Of a stretch of 64,000 bases of DNA, positions 38,892-52,659 are shown one piece after another. A program made the position numbers and the translations under genes. Each line of letters begins with the position of its first letter. The stretch's first letter is position 1. A model generated the notes under the pieces. The model was not told the DNA's origin and ran no database searches. It saw only the letters and a program-made list of their open reading frames with translations. The stretch comes from Phoronis australis (Eukaryota; Animalia; Phoronida), in NCBI GenBank assembly GCA_002633005.1, contig NMRA01000848.1, forward strand, positions 1 through 64,000, in the 5' to 3' direction.

Positions 38892-41800
38892 GGTATTTTG
38901 CTGATGCCTTTGGGTATTTCTTACAAAGACAGTTTGGAAATCCAGTTAAGCAGACCCCTCTATGCACACGTGACTCTATGAAAGAAAACACTGCTGACGT
39001 GACACCTTTTATCATTTCCTTCCAAAGCTCTGGCTGCTCTCCTGCGACATCCTAGATCCACATGCGTGCAGCCTGTGTCAGAGCGTTGTTTCATAATGGT
39101 GCTTAGTTCTGTCAATGCACCATTGAATCTGCAACAGTTAGCAATAAGTACAACTATCCAAAATTGAATTGTGACAAACCTAGTCATTTTTGTTGTGTAA
39201 GTTGAACAGCCAATAGGCTTTGAGAAAAACAAAAAAAACAAATTTGCATGAGCTGAGAGTGTGCTATTTGGGAATACTGACAGGGCTGTTGGTATACGTT
39301 CGTTCATGTTTATTACTGTATGCAGGCAGCATTAGTCATTTAGGTAAATAACCTGCTGGTTGGGACCGTGTATAAAACGACGTTAGAATGAAAGGGCCTT
39401 AACGATTAACACCAACATGGTGTAACTAATCTGGGTCCGCGTGAATCAGTGTTAGTATTAGTATTAGTATTAGTAAGCGCAACAAATCGCAGGACAAAAA
39501 CTGAACAGATGATGGAATTGTGTCTCTTCAAAATGATTCGGGTGTGATGTATGCTGACTGAGATCAGTTACCCATCAGCAAATGCTCTAACCGTGTTTAC
39601 GAGTCGCTGAACATTTCACAAACAGCACACTTACTGACTTATACTTGCCCATCGAAAGCCTTGTAAAACCTTCATGAGTTCGAACATTCAGTCTTGTCCT
39701 CATTGTTTCCCACCTACCGAACGAGTCCCTTAAACACACGCTTTATTGGTAATGCCGCTTTTTGTACTAGTTAACACGTCTTTTTCCCAATCTCGTAGAG
39801 CAGGTCGACCGCGTTTCGCCTGCGGAAGTTCACTAGACCTACTAGTCTCCACCATGTGTATTTCTGTTGACCTCAGTGGCTGGGCATGCGTTGTTGTAAT
39901 GTTTAAATCTATGAAAATGGCCGGAATTTTTATTCTTTGTAAACATCTCTTCTGTTTGTAGTATTAACAGCGATTTTTTTCATTTTTGCACGTTTGCAAA
40001 GTTTATTACTTTTTGAACTTTATGGCATACCAAAAAACTGGTTAAAACGGCGTTAAGAGTTTTTTTTCGACTATAACTCGGACCATAGGCCCTTAACGGT
40101 GGCATTTGACCTAATGAATCCCCATTGAGGCTCCTGCATCTGTACTGTGAATGTCCACCGGATTTAGGCGTATGCGCCCGACTGCGAAGCATTTGGGCAA
40201 AGGTCAAGCTGGTGACAGCGTCTCGGTATCTGGAAAGTTGAAAACGAACTGTGAAGCAAAAAAATCAGGTTGGACGCAGTGGTGTCGCTTTAAGTAGAGA
40301 TGTGTCCCTGGCAATACGACATAGTTGTTTGTGCACTGACGGTGGACGAGGGGGGGGGGGGGGNNNNNNNNNNNNNNNNNNNNNNNNNNNNNNNNNNNNN
40401 NACAAAAACACGAATGCACCTCCCAAACTGTTAAAATCGCATCAAGTATTTTTGTATTTTGGGTTGCCGTTATGGCGATCACGTTGGTATAGTGGATTGG
40501 CATTTGGATGGCTGAACAAGATGTGAGGACTTTTCAGCTCATTGCATTGCTTGGCAAATTATGAGTTTCAAAACTTGATCATTGGTGATTATGTGATTTA
40601 GTACAGCTTTTCAAAACGACAAAAGGCGAATGTTTTCATGTCAGCTTACGTAACACTTACTTGATAATGAATTGTGCGTCTCAAGTAACATTAAAAAATC
40701 AACAATTCGCTGACGCTGAACAAAACGTTGGGAAGCTATGCAGTTGTTCATGTAGGTAGGGTTCTTTCAGATCTATTCTCCAAAAAACTGAACAGTAAGC
40801 AATTTCGCATGCACCAGTCTTTGCGAAAGGTTCGTCTGTTTTTGTATGAAACTTAGTTATGAGATCAACAACGTGAAATCGCACATAACACCAAAAAATC
40901 CTTGAGATTGTGTGCGACTGGCGACGTCAGGGATAGTTCACGTGCGCTAAAGTACATTGGTACTTGAATGTTCACGGTTTCAGCTCGACTAGCATAGAAT
41001 TAATGTAAGTTTAGAGGTTGTGGATTCAAAACCTTGGTGAGACCATAAATCCCAATATCGGGGAAAGCGATCATACATTTTGTAGCATCTATTAAGCCAG
41101 CCGATTACTTGTAGCTGTACGTAAACTACGGAATAATGCGAGTTGCATGTATAAGATTTACACATGTGAATAGATTTTGAAATTGCACGCCGCTTTGTTA
41201 ATTCTGCTTGTCACCCCTTCATGAAACTACTGTGGGGTTGGCTGGGAGGTCACTCCAGTGAACTTGGACAATCATTCAGCAAGGTATTTAATTTCCATAC
41301 ACTCGGCTATAGGCCCTATACAAGAGACACTAGCCTTAGTGCAGTGCAACACATGCGCACACCCAGCCTTCAATATGGGATTTTGAATTCCTGACGTTGT
41401 GTACCTTTTGCTAACAAAAGAGCGGACGGACTAAAAAAAAAAAACGGAAGCACCACTGTGAAGTGCGCGTTTGCGACTATTTAGTGGACTGTTGTCCCAT
41501 TTTCTCGGACTTTTTGTCTCTAGGGTGCGGACCTTTTTTGCCCACTTCGCCAAATGGAGCGGGCTCTTTTGAGCCCCTCCCCGAGCCCCCCCCGGGTGCG
41601 CGCATGCAGTATAAATATAAATATAACTGTCGAATCAAAATTAAAAATACAATTAGTGCCATTAAAAGTACATGTAGACCTACCTTTTACTTAGAGTAAA
41701 ATAAATTGACCTCCAATGCTAAAATTGATGTCATATCGTATTAATTTGTGAAGCGAAGCATTTGAGAGTCATGAAATAGAGTGCATCAAGGAGACAAGTT

Positions 41801-42769
41801 TTTGTTTCGCCGGCCAAGTGTTCTTTTTCAGCGAATCTTTCTGTAGATCACACGTTACGTGGACTGGTTTCACGGCGTTACCATGAGTTTGATTTCATAC
41901 GGCATATGCGTAACAATACAATTATTAAGAAGCTGTGAATAATTAGCTCACCCACCTTGTACAAAGGGAACCTCCGAATTTATACCATTGATTCCAGTCA
42001 GTGAATACACATTCCATTCACTATCCAACCCGAGCCATTTATATTTGCATGTTCCTACATATCAGAATCTAAATGACAATGTCACTTTAACATAATCTAG
42101 GAATATCCAGCGCCGTTGTATTCATTGGAAATGTGTATATGTGAAAAAAAGATCTACAAATGGGCGACCTTTCCACTAACGAAGTACCTCGCGGGCTCAC
42201 ATAGCCCGCATCATGCAGTGGTTATTCCCCAGCGCAGAGCAGAGCTCAGTCCAGTACGACCATCTATACTCTCTGGTTTTCTTTCAGTTCAGGTACATCC
42301 GAGGGCCCTTCTTTTCATTTAGTAACTTAGATTCCCTCGGCACCGTGACAGTCTGTTAAGTTGTCGGATGCTCTAGGTTTACCATGTCACTTTTGCTACA
42401 TAAATCTGAATTCTACAAATTAGATATTTACACAGTTTTAGGAAATGCCTGAATACGGATTTATAGTTCCACATTGTGAAGGCTTGACAGTCGTTATGCA
42501 GAAACCCGCAGTAGTGTGGACTAATAGTAACGTACAATTTGCCTACACTATGTGGGCGCAGAGGGTGGCTTGCTCCTAGTTCAAATCTCTCGTGCCTGCC
42601 AGTGCATTTTAATCTTGGCTTCTTGTGTTGTAGTCAACGGACCCTTTTCCACTTTTCCTAAGTTTGGAGATTTTGCGTTACTGGTGTTCCGCTAAAATTC
42701 CTTAGCACAAAAATAAAACGCAATAACTCGCAACAATATCAAACTTCGCGCATGTTGATTGCAATTTGT

Positions 42770-42948
42770 TATTGACCTATCGCAAGCTCCGTCCCCTTGC
42801 GTAAGGTCGACTAACAAACAATAAGTTTTACCCGGCAACGAGTTGTTTGTCATGTAAAATGGCGGCTTGGAAACAAAGGTGTGTCTATAATGCTGCCTTC
42901 TAAAAGACCGGTTAAGCCGTCACTCAAAATCCTGGCGATTGGTCAATT
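42770..42948. mobile_element. MITE family A copy
   Basis: ATTGACCTATCGC...GCGATTGGTCAAT; colinear with 16190-16367. Confidence 0.75.
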
Positions 42949-43884
42949 ATAAGGAGATCAAATTTTCTGTGGCATAATTCCCTTACCGCCATCAAATCAC
43001 GGTCCTAAACATGCTTGTCCAAATCATGGGCATACTGTAGCAGCCGACAACGAAACCAGAACAATTCTGTTCCGTTGAAAATCCAACACACTACATGTTT
43101 TGAAGCATACAGCCACTCCAGATAGATACCATGTTAATACAAATCATACTGGATCTGCACCAAATGGAAACAAAATGGCATATTAGAGAAACGTAATGGC
43201 GATTTTGAGAACTAAACTTGAATATTTAAATGAAACGAACATTGGTCATGTTATTGATTCCGTTGTCATGCTATCAACACGCCTTCCTTTTCGTTAAATT
43301 TCACTAAAATATATAACCATATGACCTTGTTAATGGCAGGTTGGTAAACGGTCAAAAGATAAATTTAATCGGCTTCCTTCGTTCAGAAATATATTTTTTC
43401 AATTTTAATGCACAGCTCTTTAAACAGTTGGCTAAATACGCAGACTTGTCGGTATTGTATTACACAGTCCTAAACTATGTCCCAAGATTTTGAGGCCTAT
43501 AGTTGATCATGTCAGACAACCTGTGCTCTCCGTTGTGTAGTCCCATTGCATGTGTCCACGCAATAGTCACCCGCTAAATGCTTTGTCATGGCTGTGACAT
43601 GAGATATCTGTACGACGAAATTGCTATGTCGCTTGTTTGAATGATTTGTAAAATACTCACAAGCTTTACGGTGTCCCTATATTTTGTCCGTAAACAGTCT
43701 CATCATATTAAATGACCTTCCCTGCTGTTCATTGCAGAGTCAGTATAAGCGCACTGCCGTGTCAAGCTTCCCATTATGCAAAAAGTGAGAAACTATAGAA
43801 CATAAAGTTCGCTGAAAGTGATCACAATGTATGAAAAAGTACATATAAACACTTGAAATAAATAGACTGAGGGTAATCATTTAA

Positions 43885-44053
43885 AGGTGTACTGCTGAGC
43901 TTTTAAATGGGTGGCGATAAATGAATATCTGGCCAACTTGAAAAATGAGACCCATGTTTAAAGGAGTACCTCGACTCATTTCCATACCTATTGAACGAGA
44001 TCTTTAAAACACGACCCATTTAACATCTCTTCATCATCTGACTAGCAACACCT
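43885..44053. mobile_element. Short Kolobok-like MITE (AGGTGT...ACACCT, TTAA flanks)
   Basis: Short imperfect TIRs with TTAA on both sides. Confidence 0.4.
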
Positions 44054-44455
44054 TTAATATCGATTCAGAATACTAGCCTTGATTCGGAGAGGTTTATTAT
44101 TACTTGATAACAAATGTCTAGTAATATACCCGAGTGGATGAATTTCTCTCAATAATTTTTGAACGGAAGGCTACAATGTAGATGCATTAATTTGAAGTTC
44201 CAAGTGCACTTCGGAGGAAAGCTGATACAGGCTCGTAATGAAGATCCGTTACTATTCCCGCGTTGTTTCCTAATGGCGTAATTTTCAACGCGCTTCCTTT
44301 TCGACAGCCAATCACAAAGTTTTAGTATATAGTGCCCCGGTATTTTTTTAAGCAGAGTTTTTGTGCGAGATTGCATTAGCGTCTCAGTATCGCACCATGT
44401 TTAAATTGCATCGCCACATAAGCGTCTCAGTGGCGTGGGATGGTTGGGGATTTAA

Positions 44456-46134
44456 AGTCGAAGGCAACCTTTTTCCATGTCATTTTGAGCTAAAATAAGG
44501 TTGTTTGGTTATCCTAGACATATTTTCCACTTAATTACAGCTTTTCGTAATTTCATAAATTACTCGTCCCCTACTCTGGAAGTGACGTTTTAGGAGGTAC
44601 GCGTTTCCCGCCACTTGGTTTTGCGTTGACTTTACCGTTCGAATCTGTTCTATTCTACTTTTGTTTTGTGCTATTTTTCAAAAATTGTCGCCACCACTTT
44701 CCATCGGCGAGTATTCTGCGGCAAGATAGGTTAGTAGAAAACTCAATTACGTTGGATTTAGGGATTGTTTAGTGTGTTGTAAGCTGAAAATGGCTGGAGT
44801 CGGTGACCCGTATCACAGTAACAGTAGTGTAAGTGACGGAGACCTTATTCACAGCAGTGGTGACGAGGAATTTTTTCACGGACATTCAGTTGGTGGGTAC
44901 GTGTTTGAGCCCGAGTATAACGAGGCAGAGTACGCACAGGCACAGGCAGCTGTTGAGAGAAACGAGGCGGCTACTGAGGACAGACGTGGTGACACATCTT
45001 GGTGCAAATGCACTGTGTGCGTTGTTATGCGTACCTCAATGGAATGCTTGTGCTGTTCAGAGTTCGACGAGGCCAAACCACTACTGGACATGGTTAAGTG
45101 GACCTCCGGCATACCACGGACAGAGGAACAACTGTCCCACTTGGCAGAGTGTCCCGCGACACACTCCCACTGGATGGTGACCTGAGCACCCAAACTGCTT
45201 ACATCGTGTCGTCACACACTTGGCACCTTCTAAATAGCTCCAACACTTTAGACAAGTCCACAATAAACTTATCAAAGTTTGGCTCACCGATCTGTTCACT
45301 GTACGACGAACTGTCCTCTTCATTGGGTGTCGAACTGAGCCTGTAATCACTCCCACTACTCAATATCACTGCAGGGCTGCTTAGAGGCTCTGGGCTGGAG
45401 AAAACAGCACAGGGCGAATCACTACTGGTTCCAGGAATTGCACGCTCTGGGGTACGTTTGGAGGCACGGGTGACAGTAGATGAAGTGCCTCCACTGGCTC
45501 CAGTCACTGTACTGGCCACAGTTCGCGAGGCTTCTCGCTTCAAAAACGCACTTCTCGGGGGTGGCGACGGGGCACTGACGGGAATCAACACAGACGGAAT
45601 GGCATCCTTCTTCAGACGTTGTTTCGCAGGGACCTTCATCAGTTCAGCGTAAAAAAAACTTTCGTAATCGGACGGCAGAAAGTGCTTGCCACACACACGG
45701 TTATTCTCCACTGCTTTGTACGTTGCGTGGACGGGTAGCGCTGCGTTCTTCACACGAACGAGCCAAGTACGGCAAGTGTGTCATCCATCGGAAAGCGATG
45801 CAAAGGTACTCCCAAAGCGCGCGTGAGCCGATAATTAGTACATCCTGGTACGCAGCAACAGTGTGGCATGCTGACTGACTAGTAAATGAAAGCAAACGAC
45901 GACGGAATTTAACACAACCGAGGTAGTACAATGACTGACTCGGCAGCTCTCGCAGTCAGACTATATGAAAAGAAATTGGCGCGAAATGCTTCCCTCCTAA
46001 AACGTCACTTCCGGAGTAGCGGACGAGTAATTAATAAAATTACGAAAAGCTGTAATTAAATGAAAAATGTGTCTGGGATAACCAACCAACCTTATTCTAG
46101 CTCAAAATGACATGGAAAAAGGTTGCCTTCGCCT
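44456..46134. mobile_element. Internally deleted Kolobok DNA transposon: ~145 bp TIRs, TTAA TSD, THAP-transposase 5' part (- strand from 45869) and Cys-rich ORF2 5' part (+ strand from 44790)
   Basis: TTAA|AGTCGAAGGCAACC...GGTTGCCTTCGCCT|TTAA; MPHCCCVPGCTN..LHRFP..RVCGKHF...LKKDAIPS (THAP, frameshifted); YVFEP..WCKC.VC..M...ECLCCSE (P2X7-like Cys domain). Confidence 0.88.
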
Positions 46135-46892
46135 TTAAACCTGTTTACCAGGGTAGTGGGAGGTTTGAAATTTGTGCTGACACAAGGTGCAGCTCAAAAA
46201 ATTTAACACAGGTAGCTAGACACTTGTGTCGACAGATGGGCAATATGTGCCAAACATTCACATTACCAAGTATAGCTCACGACCCCAGAAACCGTAGCAC
46301 AGACTACACACTAAGCGCATTGCAGGCGAAGGGAAGGCGTTCATGTGATGAACTAATCTTTTGCTTGATATCTCCAGTATTCTTATTGAAACTATTCTCA
46401 TTTTATACACTGATCGTCTCCCATTTGTCCTCCAAGATTTGTAACATGTCGTATCAAAATATACTCGTCTGCAATGATAAGCCCCATTGTAGGAGACGAG
46501 GACATGCCAGTGGGATAGTTATGACAAAGTTCATGTAAGCCTTTTTGAAAGCACGATCCTAGCTAATCCTCCAAAAGCAATCACAATAGTGCTCATTCAT
46601 CTCAAGTGCCTGTCAACTGAGCTGCCATGGGTTTAAACACTAATTATTGATATACTGTAAAACAATGATTACACCACCTGTGTTGGATTTCCCAACTATA
46701 AGGCCAGATACGAGAAAGGATATTGTATACCCTTTATTCCAATTCCTTTTAGAGAGTAATGCAAAGGCAAGATATATGTTGCGTTTGAAAACAAACTAAA
46801 GTTCCTGGAATACAGAAAAGATCAAATCAAAACCTAGCGCTAATTGTCTCACGGAGATTGACAACAACAACCGCACACTCCGAGTACAAAAA

Positions 46893-46986
46893 ATGCGACG
46901 TATGCGAAGATTCCTGTTGTTGGACGTAGTTGTGTTGTGTGCTCGACTCTTCCTGCACCCGGCACTATTTTCAAGGGCCACAGATG
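46893..46986 (+). CDS. Signal-peptide exon (MRRMRRFLLLDVVVLCARLFLHPALFSRATD)
   Basis: ATG, basic then hydrophobic leader, strong donor G|gtgagt in phase 1 matching the next exon. Confidence 0.65.
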
Positions 46987-47850
46987 GTGAGTGTTGTTAG
47001 ATTAGTGCTTCTTGAGTGGCAACGGTGCAATATAGCGATTTACAAATTGCTTTTGTTCCGTTTGCCTCCGCGCTACACCTGTACACAAATGTATGTTTTC
47101 ATGATGTTCCACCATTGTTCACGCCACGCATAACTGGTGACGGCTTTTTAGAGGCTTTCAGTGAATCGTTTTGCATCACAAAACGTATCGTAAGATCATG
47201 TTGACGAATTGATGCATATGCATCTCAGTTACAGCGATACGTTATCATTCGGCACAACGTGAAGGAAATTGACCAAAATTAAATATGTTCAAATTTGAAC
47301 TCAGCAACACTTTTACTGGTTCCTATGTACATTTTTATTACTTATTCCCCCATACGTTTAGAAAATCAGTTTTTTACATACTTCAAAGAAATTGTGATCC
47401 TTTAAGTTTTCCTCTTACATCTGCGACGGAAGAAAGCAGAGTCTCAAAAGAGAAATATTTACGTCACAAAGAGTCTCTTAAGGTTGAATGTAGCCTACTC
47501 GATGCAGTTCCTATGTCATATCAGCACCGTGGGATGGGAACGTCATAAATCATACCCGGGAAAATTTCAACTAACACCTTGTCATTGAAATTGTGCATGC
47601 CGTCTTTTTACAGTGACACTTGCACACGTGATGCAAGGTTCCACCACTTCAGATGTGCACTACAGTATATCTTATTTTGTTGTCCACTTTCTTCTGCTGA
47701 CTTTTGCACGTTTATTCTTGCCTTCTTCATTCTTGTTCTGTGAATCCAGTAATAAGGGCAAATTGCATTGGTGGTTTTGCTGTTACAGTTGAAATAAAAG
47801 TTGTTAATATGACTTTCATGTACATGTATGTCGAATTTCGGTTTGTTTAG

Positions 47851-47978
47851 TCGGCCGACCATGGTTTTTACCAGAAGGCTGTTACGAGAATAAGATGGCT
47901 GGCTTTGACCTCAACCTGCCAATTGACTTCATCAACCATGAGCAGTGCCGACTGCTGTGCTCGCGATATGACGGAGCG
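47851..47978 (+). CDS. WSC domain 1, N-half (EGCYEN..NHEQCRLLCS)
   Basis: tttag acceptor, gtaagt donor; GCY...C...C pattern of WSC domains. Confidence 0.8.
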
Positions 47979-48225
47979 GTAAGTGCAAGTTTTGCTTATG
48001 AGAACTGAACGCAAGTGTGAACCTTAAAAAATATACAAAATATTTTTAATAAATATAATACCCAAAATTAAGCAAATGTTGAAATTATAAATACCCCACT
48101 CGAGTAGATCTTTGATTTGATCGCGATGTTTTTTTTATGTTTAGGCTTTCAAACTTGCCCAATCGACTGCCTGAATTTCAAAAAACGGAAAAGCCAGCCG
48201 AGCTCACAGCCCAACCCATTGGTCC

Positions 48226-48929
48226 CACAGGCGTCTTCAGCTTCTAATGGTCCCCAATACACTACATAATACTACTAGGTATGACACTCTGGACTAGAAA
48301 TTCTAAGGGTGCTTCACATCAGCCGTCCATAGCAAACACAAAACCCAATAAATTTACATAAAACAGAAATTCAACAAACCATGAGGAATTGTTCTTTCTC
48401 ACAATACCATTTACAGTGTCCTGCTCTACCGAGTTCGGAAGAAATTAGCAGTCAAAGCACAAAAATCTTCCCAAAAAGCTCGTCCGGAGCAACTCCCTGG
48501 TTCCAGGCGAAGGGTACGGAATTATCCGATGAGTTACGGATGAACGGTAATTGCCGACTCATCACGGAAAGTCACGGCATCGCTAAATTGGCAATAGCCG
48601 TTCATCAGCAACTCATCGGATAATTCCGCACTCTTCGCGTGGGACCAGGGAGTTGCTCCAGACTAGCTTTTAGGGAAGATTTTTGTGCTTTGAGCGCGAA
48701 TTTCTTAAGAACTCTGTGGAGCAGGACACCTTAAATGGTATTGGGAGAAAGAACAATTGCTCATGGTTTCTTGGACCTCTATTTTGTGTAAATATATTGA
48801 GTTCTACAGTTGTATGTTTGTTAAAGACGGCTGAAGTGAAGCACCCGTGGAATCTCTAGTATTGAATGTCATACCTTGTAGTATTTTATATAGTGTATTG
48901 GGAACGATCAGAAGCTGAGGACGCCTGTG
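48226..48929. mobile_element. ~700 bp foldback element with CACAGG...CCTGTG ends (CMC/CACTA-like non-autonomous)
   Basis: Arms are reverse complements nearly to the centre (~48575); a diverged right-arm copy lies at ~37250-37575. Confidence 0.8.
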
Positions 48930-49210
48930 ATTGGCCCTACAAGTCAACACTTGTTCTATGTTTAGATCGTGGGGGTCGAGCGGTGTGGGGGTCGAAAGAG
49001 TTTCAGAACAATACATGATTCAGACAAGCAAATATGATAATGATATTTTAGGAAAAATATTCACCTTTCAGAAAATAAATATTTTGTAAGGGTTACAGCT
49101 ACATGTAACAGACTTAAAGATATTTGCACATAAGTAATACCTGGTAAAGAAGGTTCACAATAACCTTTAGTGCGAAAACTTTCGTTTTTAACGAAAAACT
49201 GTTCACAACA

Positions 49211-49850
49211 CGAAGATTGTTGGTAGTCGGGCATTGTAGGCCATAGTCCATTCGACTCTAGGAAGCCTAGAAAATCACTTCCGTGGCCACTTTTTCGGGG
49301 TAAGATAATTTTGGAGTTTTTAAGGTCATTAAGTACTATACTTTAAGAATTTAAAAAGTCCCCAAGGTTTGACTTGCGCGTTTTCGAGAAATGTGACCTC
49401 AAAATCTGACTTATTGCATAATTTACCACAGAAAACCAATCTTCAAAAACCAACAACACTAGACAAAAACTGAATAATTTGATTGGGATTTGTTCGTTTG
49501 AAGATACTGAACAAAAATGTTATATATTATGATAATAGGTGGAAAATTGCTCAAAAAAGAAAAANGAAGATTGTTGGCAGTCGGGCATTGTAGGCCATAG
49601 TCCATTCGACTCCAGGAAGCCTAGAAAATCACTTCCGTGGCCACTTTTTCGGGGTAAGATAATTTTGGAGTTTTTAAGGTCATTAAGTACTATACTTTAT
49701 TGCATAATTTACCACAGAAAACCAATCTTCAAAAACCAACAACACTAGACAAAAACTGAATAATTTGATTGGGATTTGTTCGTTTGAAGATACTGAACAA
49801 AAATGTTATATATTATGATAATAGGTGGAAAATTGCTCAAAAAAGAAAAA
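49211..49850. repeat. ~0.3 kb direct duplication across the N at 49565
   Basis: 49211-49563 vs 49566-49850, with a ~70 bp indel. Confidence 0.85.
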
Positions 49851-52268
49851 CAAGAAATATTTTAGAAGCGCTTCCTGGTGGCCAGAAAATATACTACAAT
49901 ATTTTGATCTGCCAAAAAAACAAATACTATTAAACATTTGGATGGAACTTGATGTAAATTTGATATCACAACCTACATAACAATATACATTTCCAACACT
50001 TCTGCAACAAATTCACTGTCACCACTTTTATTAATTGTCACAATTAATTATCATTATCCACACTGCTGTTCAATGTCATCTGTCACAGGGAAAGACACAC
50101 CCAACAGTCACCACAATCACCAGCATGATTAAATGTTGTCAATATTTTCCATTAGGTTGCAAATTTAAAGTTCTTTAACAACATAGCATACACCCATTAT
50201 GATTCTTCATCCACTTTACCAACTTTAATGGCAAAGAAAAAGTTTTAAAAATCTCTGCAAGCCTGCATCCTACTAAAAAGTAAAAAAGTTTTCACAGCCT
50301 GAATACCGTTTCATCTAAACACCTTGTTACAATATAGAAATAGATAACCAAAATGCTCTTCACCTTAGCGCACACTATGGCAACAACTGAAATTTAATTT
50401 CGTCTAAGTGCTCAGCGAAAATCATTCAGAGAAATGTGTGTCATTATTAGCAATGATTGCACTGTGCAACTGCCTTCAAACAATTTAAAACATAGAAACA
50501 TTTTGATCATCCTTTATACAGTAGCTCAGCCTTTGAAAATACTGAGAGGAATGGTTATGTTGGCAATAGTTCTGCTTGAAATTGAAAATCGTCTTCTTTA
50601 CCGTAGAGCTAGAATTGCATTTGACTTTCTGTTTTGAATTATAATTGGAAGAGTAAACGTTTTCCTTCGCTGAAAACTCCAATTCAACAATATTCAAAAC
50701 GTGAGATACTGAAATCTGCGCAACATTTGAATTTTCAAGATAAATGAATTACAAAACGCAGGTAATATTTCCATTTTTACATTTCTCAAATTCCAAGCAC
50801 TGCTCATGATTTTACATAAAAGGGTCTCAAAATAGGCTTAAAAATTCATAAAAACAGTGCCGATCACCCACATGTAGGTAAAAACTACTGCCAGTACATT
50901 TGAGATTGAGACGACTATTATCACAAATTTATCAAGCAAAATAATTTTTGTAGTGTGACCTAAACTAAAGATTATTTACCTTTAATGACACCTTTTCAAA
51001 GTTAAGAATAGGTAGGCCTATTTACAATTGAATGTTTGGAACTGGGATAGGTTTTCAACTTTTCTTTTGTTTTTTGGCAAATGGTTCATTGTGGTGGCGA
51101 GACATATACGGTATATCTCTTTGAGCACTGTTAATGTACATGTTACAGACAGTGACAATCTCTTTAATTTTCTCGTAGGCTCAACATTATTTCCATCATC
51201 AGCTTGGTCTCTTTTTCTTTTTTAAGAGCTCTTTCAATTTTTGTTATATCCGTTAAGTGTCTGTAACACTGCTTGTGATGGAAGCATGCTGGCACCTAGC
51301 TCAAAAAATGGGGGCTCGCGTTTTTGAGAATGTGGACATTTATTAAGATTCACGGGGTACTTCAGAGCTACAAAAATTATCAGCAATGATACTTCTTTTG
51401 CACTCAGTGCTGATACGTTTGTTTGCAGTAGCCTTAGACCAGGTAATATCTAAAAATTCCAGCTCAGAAATTAGAGCATAACCTGACACATGAATTCTAC
51501 AAGGGACAGATATCTTGCCAGGCTATTGTGAAGTCGCACACTCGTTCAATAATTCATGGTTTCAGCTGAGTCCTAGCTGTCCCAAAATTGTTCTTTGCGA
51601 AACACAAAATGATTCAAGAATGTGCCAAGAATTATTTCAGTACGATGACACTCGTGGCCACTTGATTTGGTTTTCCTCAATTCCTAACTGCTGCTTGCTA
51701 GTTTTTGAGTCTTGGTCCTCAGTAATTGTCAATTCCACTGTACTTGCACACCCATCCAAGAATTGATACTATCCAATGTAGTCAGTTGCAGTAAACAAGC
51801 TAGCTAAGGCAGCAGGATAACATCTGCTGACTGTCCTCTGATGAAGGTTTTCATGCCAAGCAGACGACTTTTGAAGGGGAAAGGTATGGACACAATGTTT
51901 TTCTGGCATTTGATCGGTTGTTCGGATCATTTTGCACTGACACCTGGTACCTAACACGTTAGTTGAGGTTATATATTTCAACTTCTAAAATTAAATTAAA
52001 ATTCTAATTAAACGTGCAAGTGTATTCTTGGGAACTTTTTTGAAATTGACTTTTGACCACCTGTAGATGAGTTTAATGCAAAGTTATCGTTGCCCCCAGA
52101 AAGTGGCCACGGAGGTGAAAGATACATGTAGGAGAGCTGGGACTATGGCTTATTGTTCTAATTCTGAATGTGGTCGATGCTGACGTTGTTGTTGACTTGT
52201 TACACATGACACCTATGGGGAATTCGTTGATTAAGGTTGCCATTAAATACAACTATTTTTAACTATAG

Positions 52269-52437
52269 CACATGGCTGGTATACTGAATGCAAAAAAATG
52301 CAACTGCTTTCGGCATTCATTAGAATACGAAAACTATCGAACATACATGAGCGAGTGCACAAGTCAATGTAAAAAGTCGCCGCACCAGAATTGCGGAGGA
52401 CCCGAGCATGTGATCTTAATGGATGTAATTCATAAAG
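52269..52437 (+). CDS. WSC domain 1, C-half (AGI...CNCF...ECTSQC...QNCGG)
   Basis: tatag acceptor phase 0, gtatgt donor phase 1; completes the WSC Cys pattern. Confidence 0.85.
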
Positions 52438-52659
52438 GTATGTTTACTTTAATCCCTTAACAGTTTTGTTCGTTTTCCCTTTTTAAACTCACGTTTTGCC
52501 AAGTTATTCAACTGACTGTGGTGTATACTACAGGCACCATCCTACTTGTGATATCAGTCTAAAACCGATCTTCCAATAGTTCAATAAGTAGCACGATGAC
52601 TATACAACTTATAACGATAGACACTCAGAATATGCTCACTTCAAGCAGGTTACATTTAA

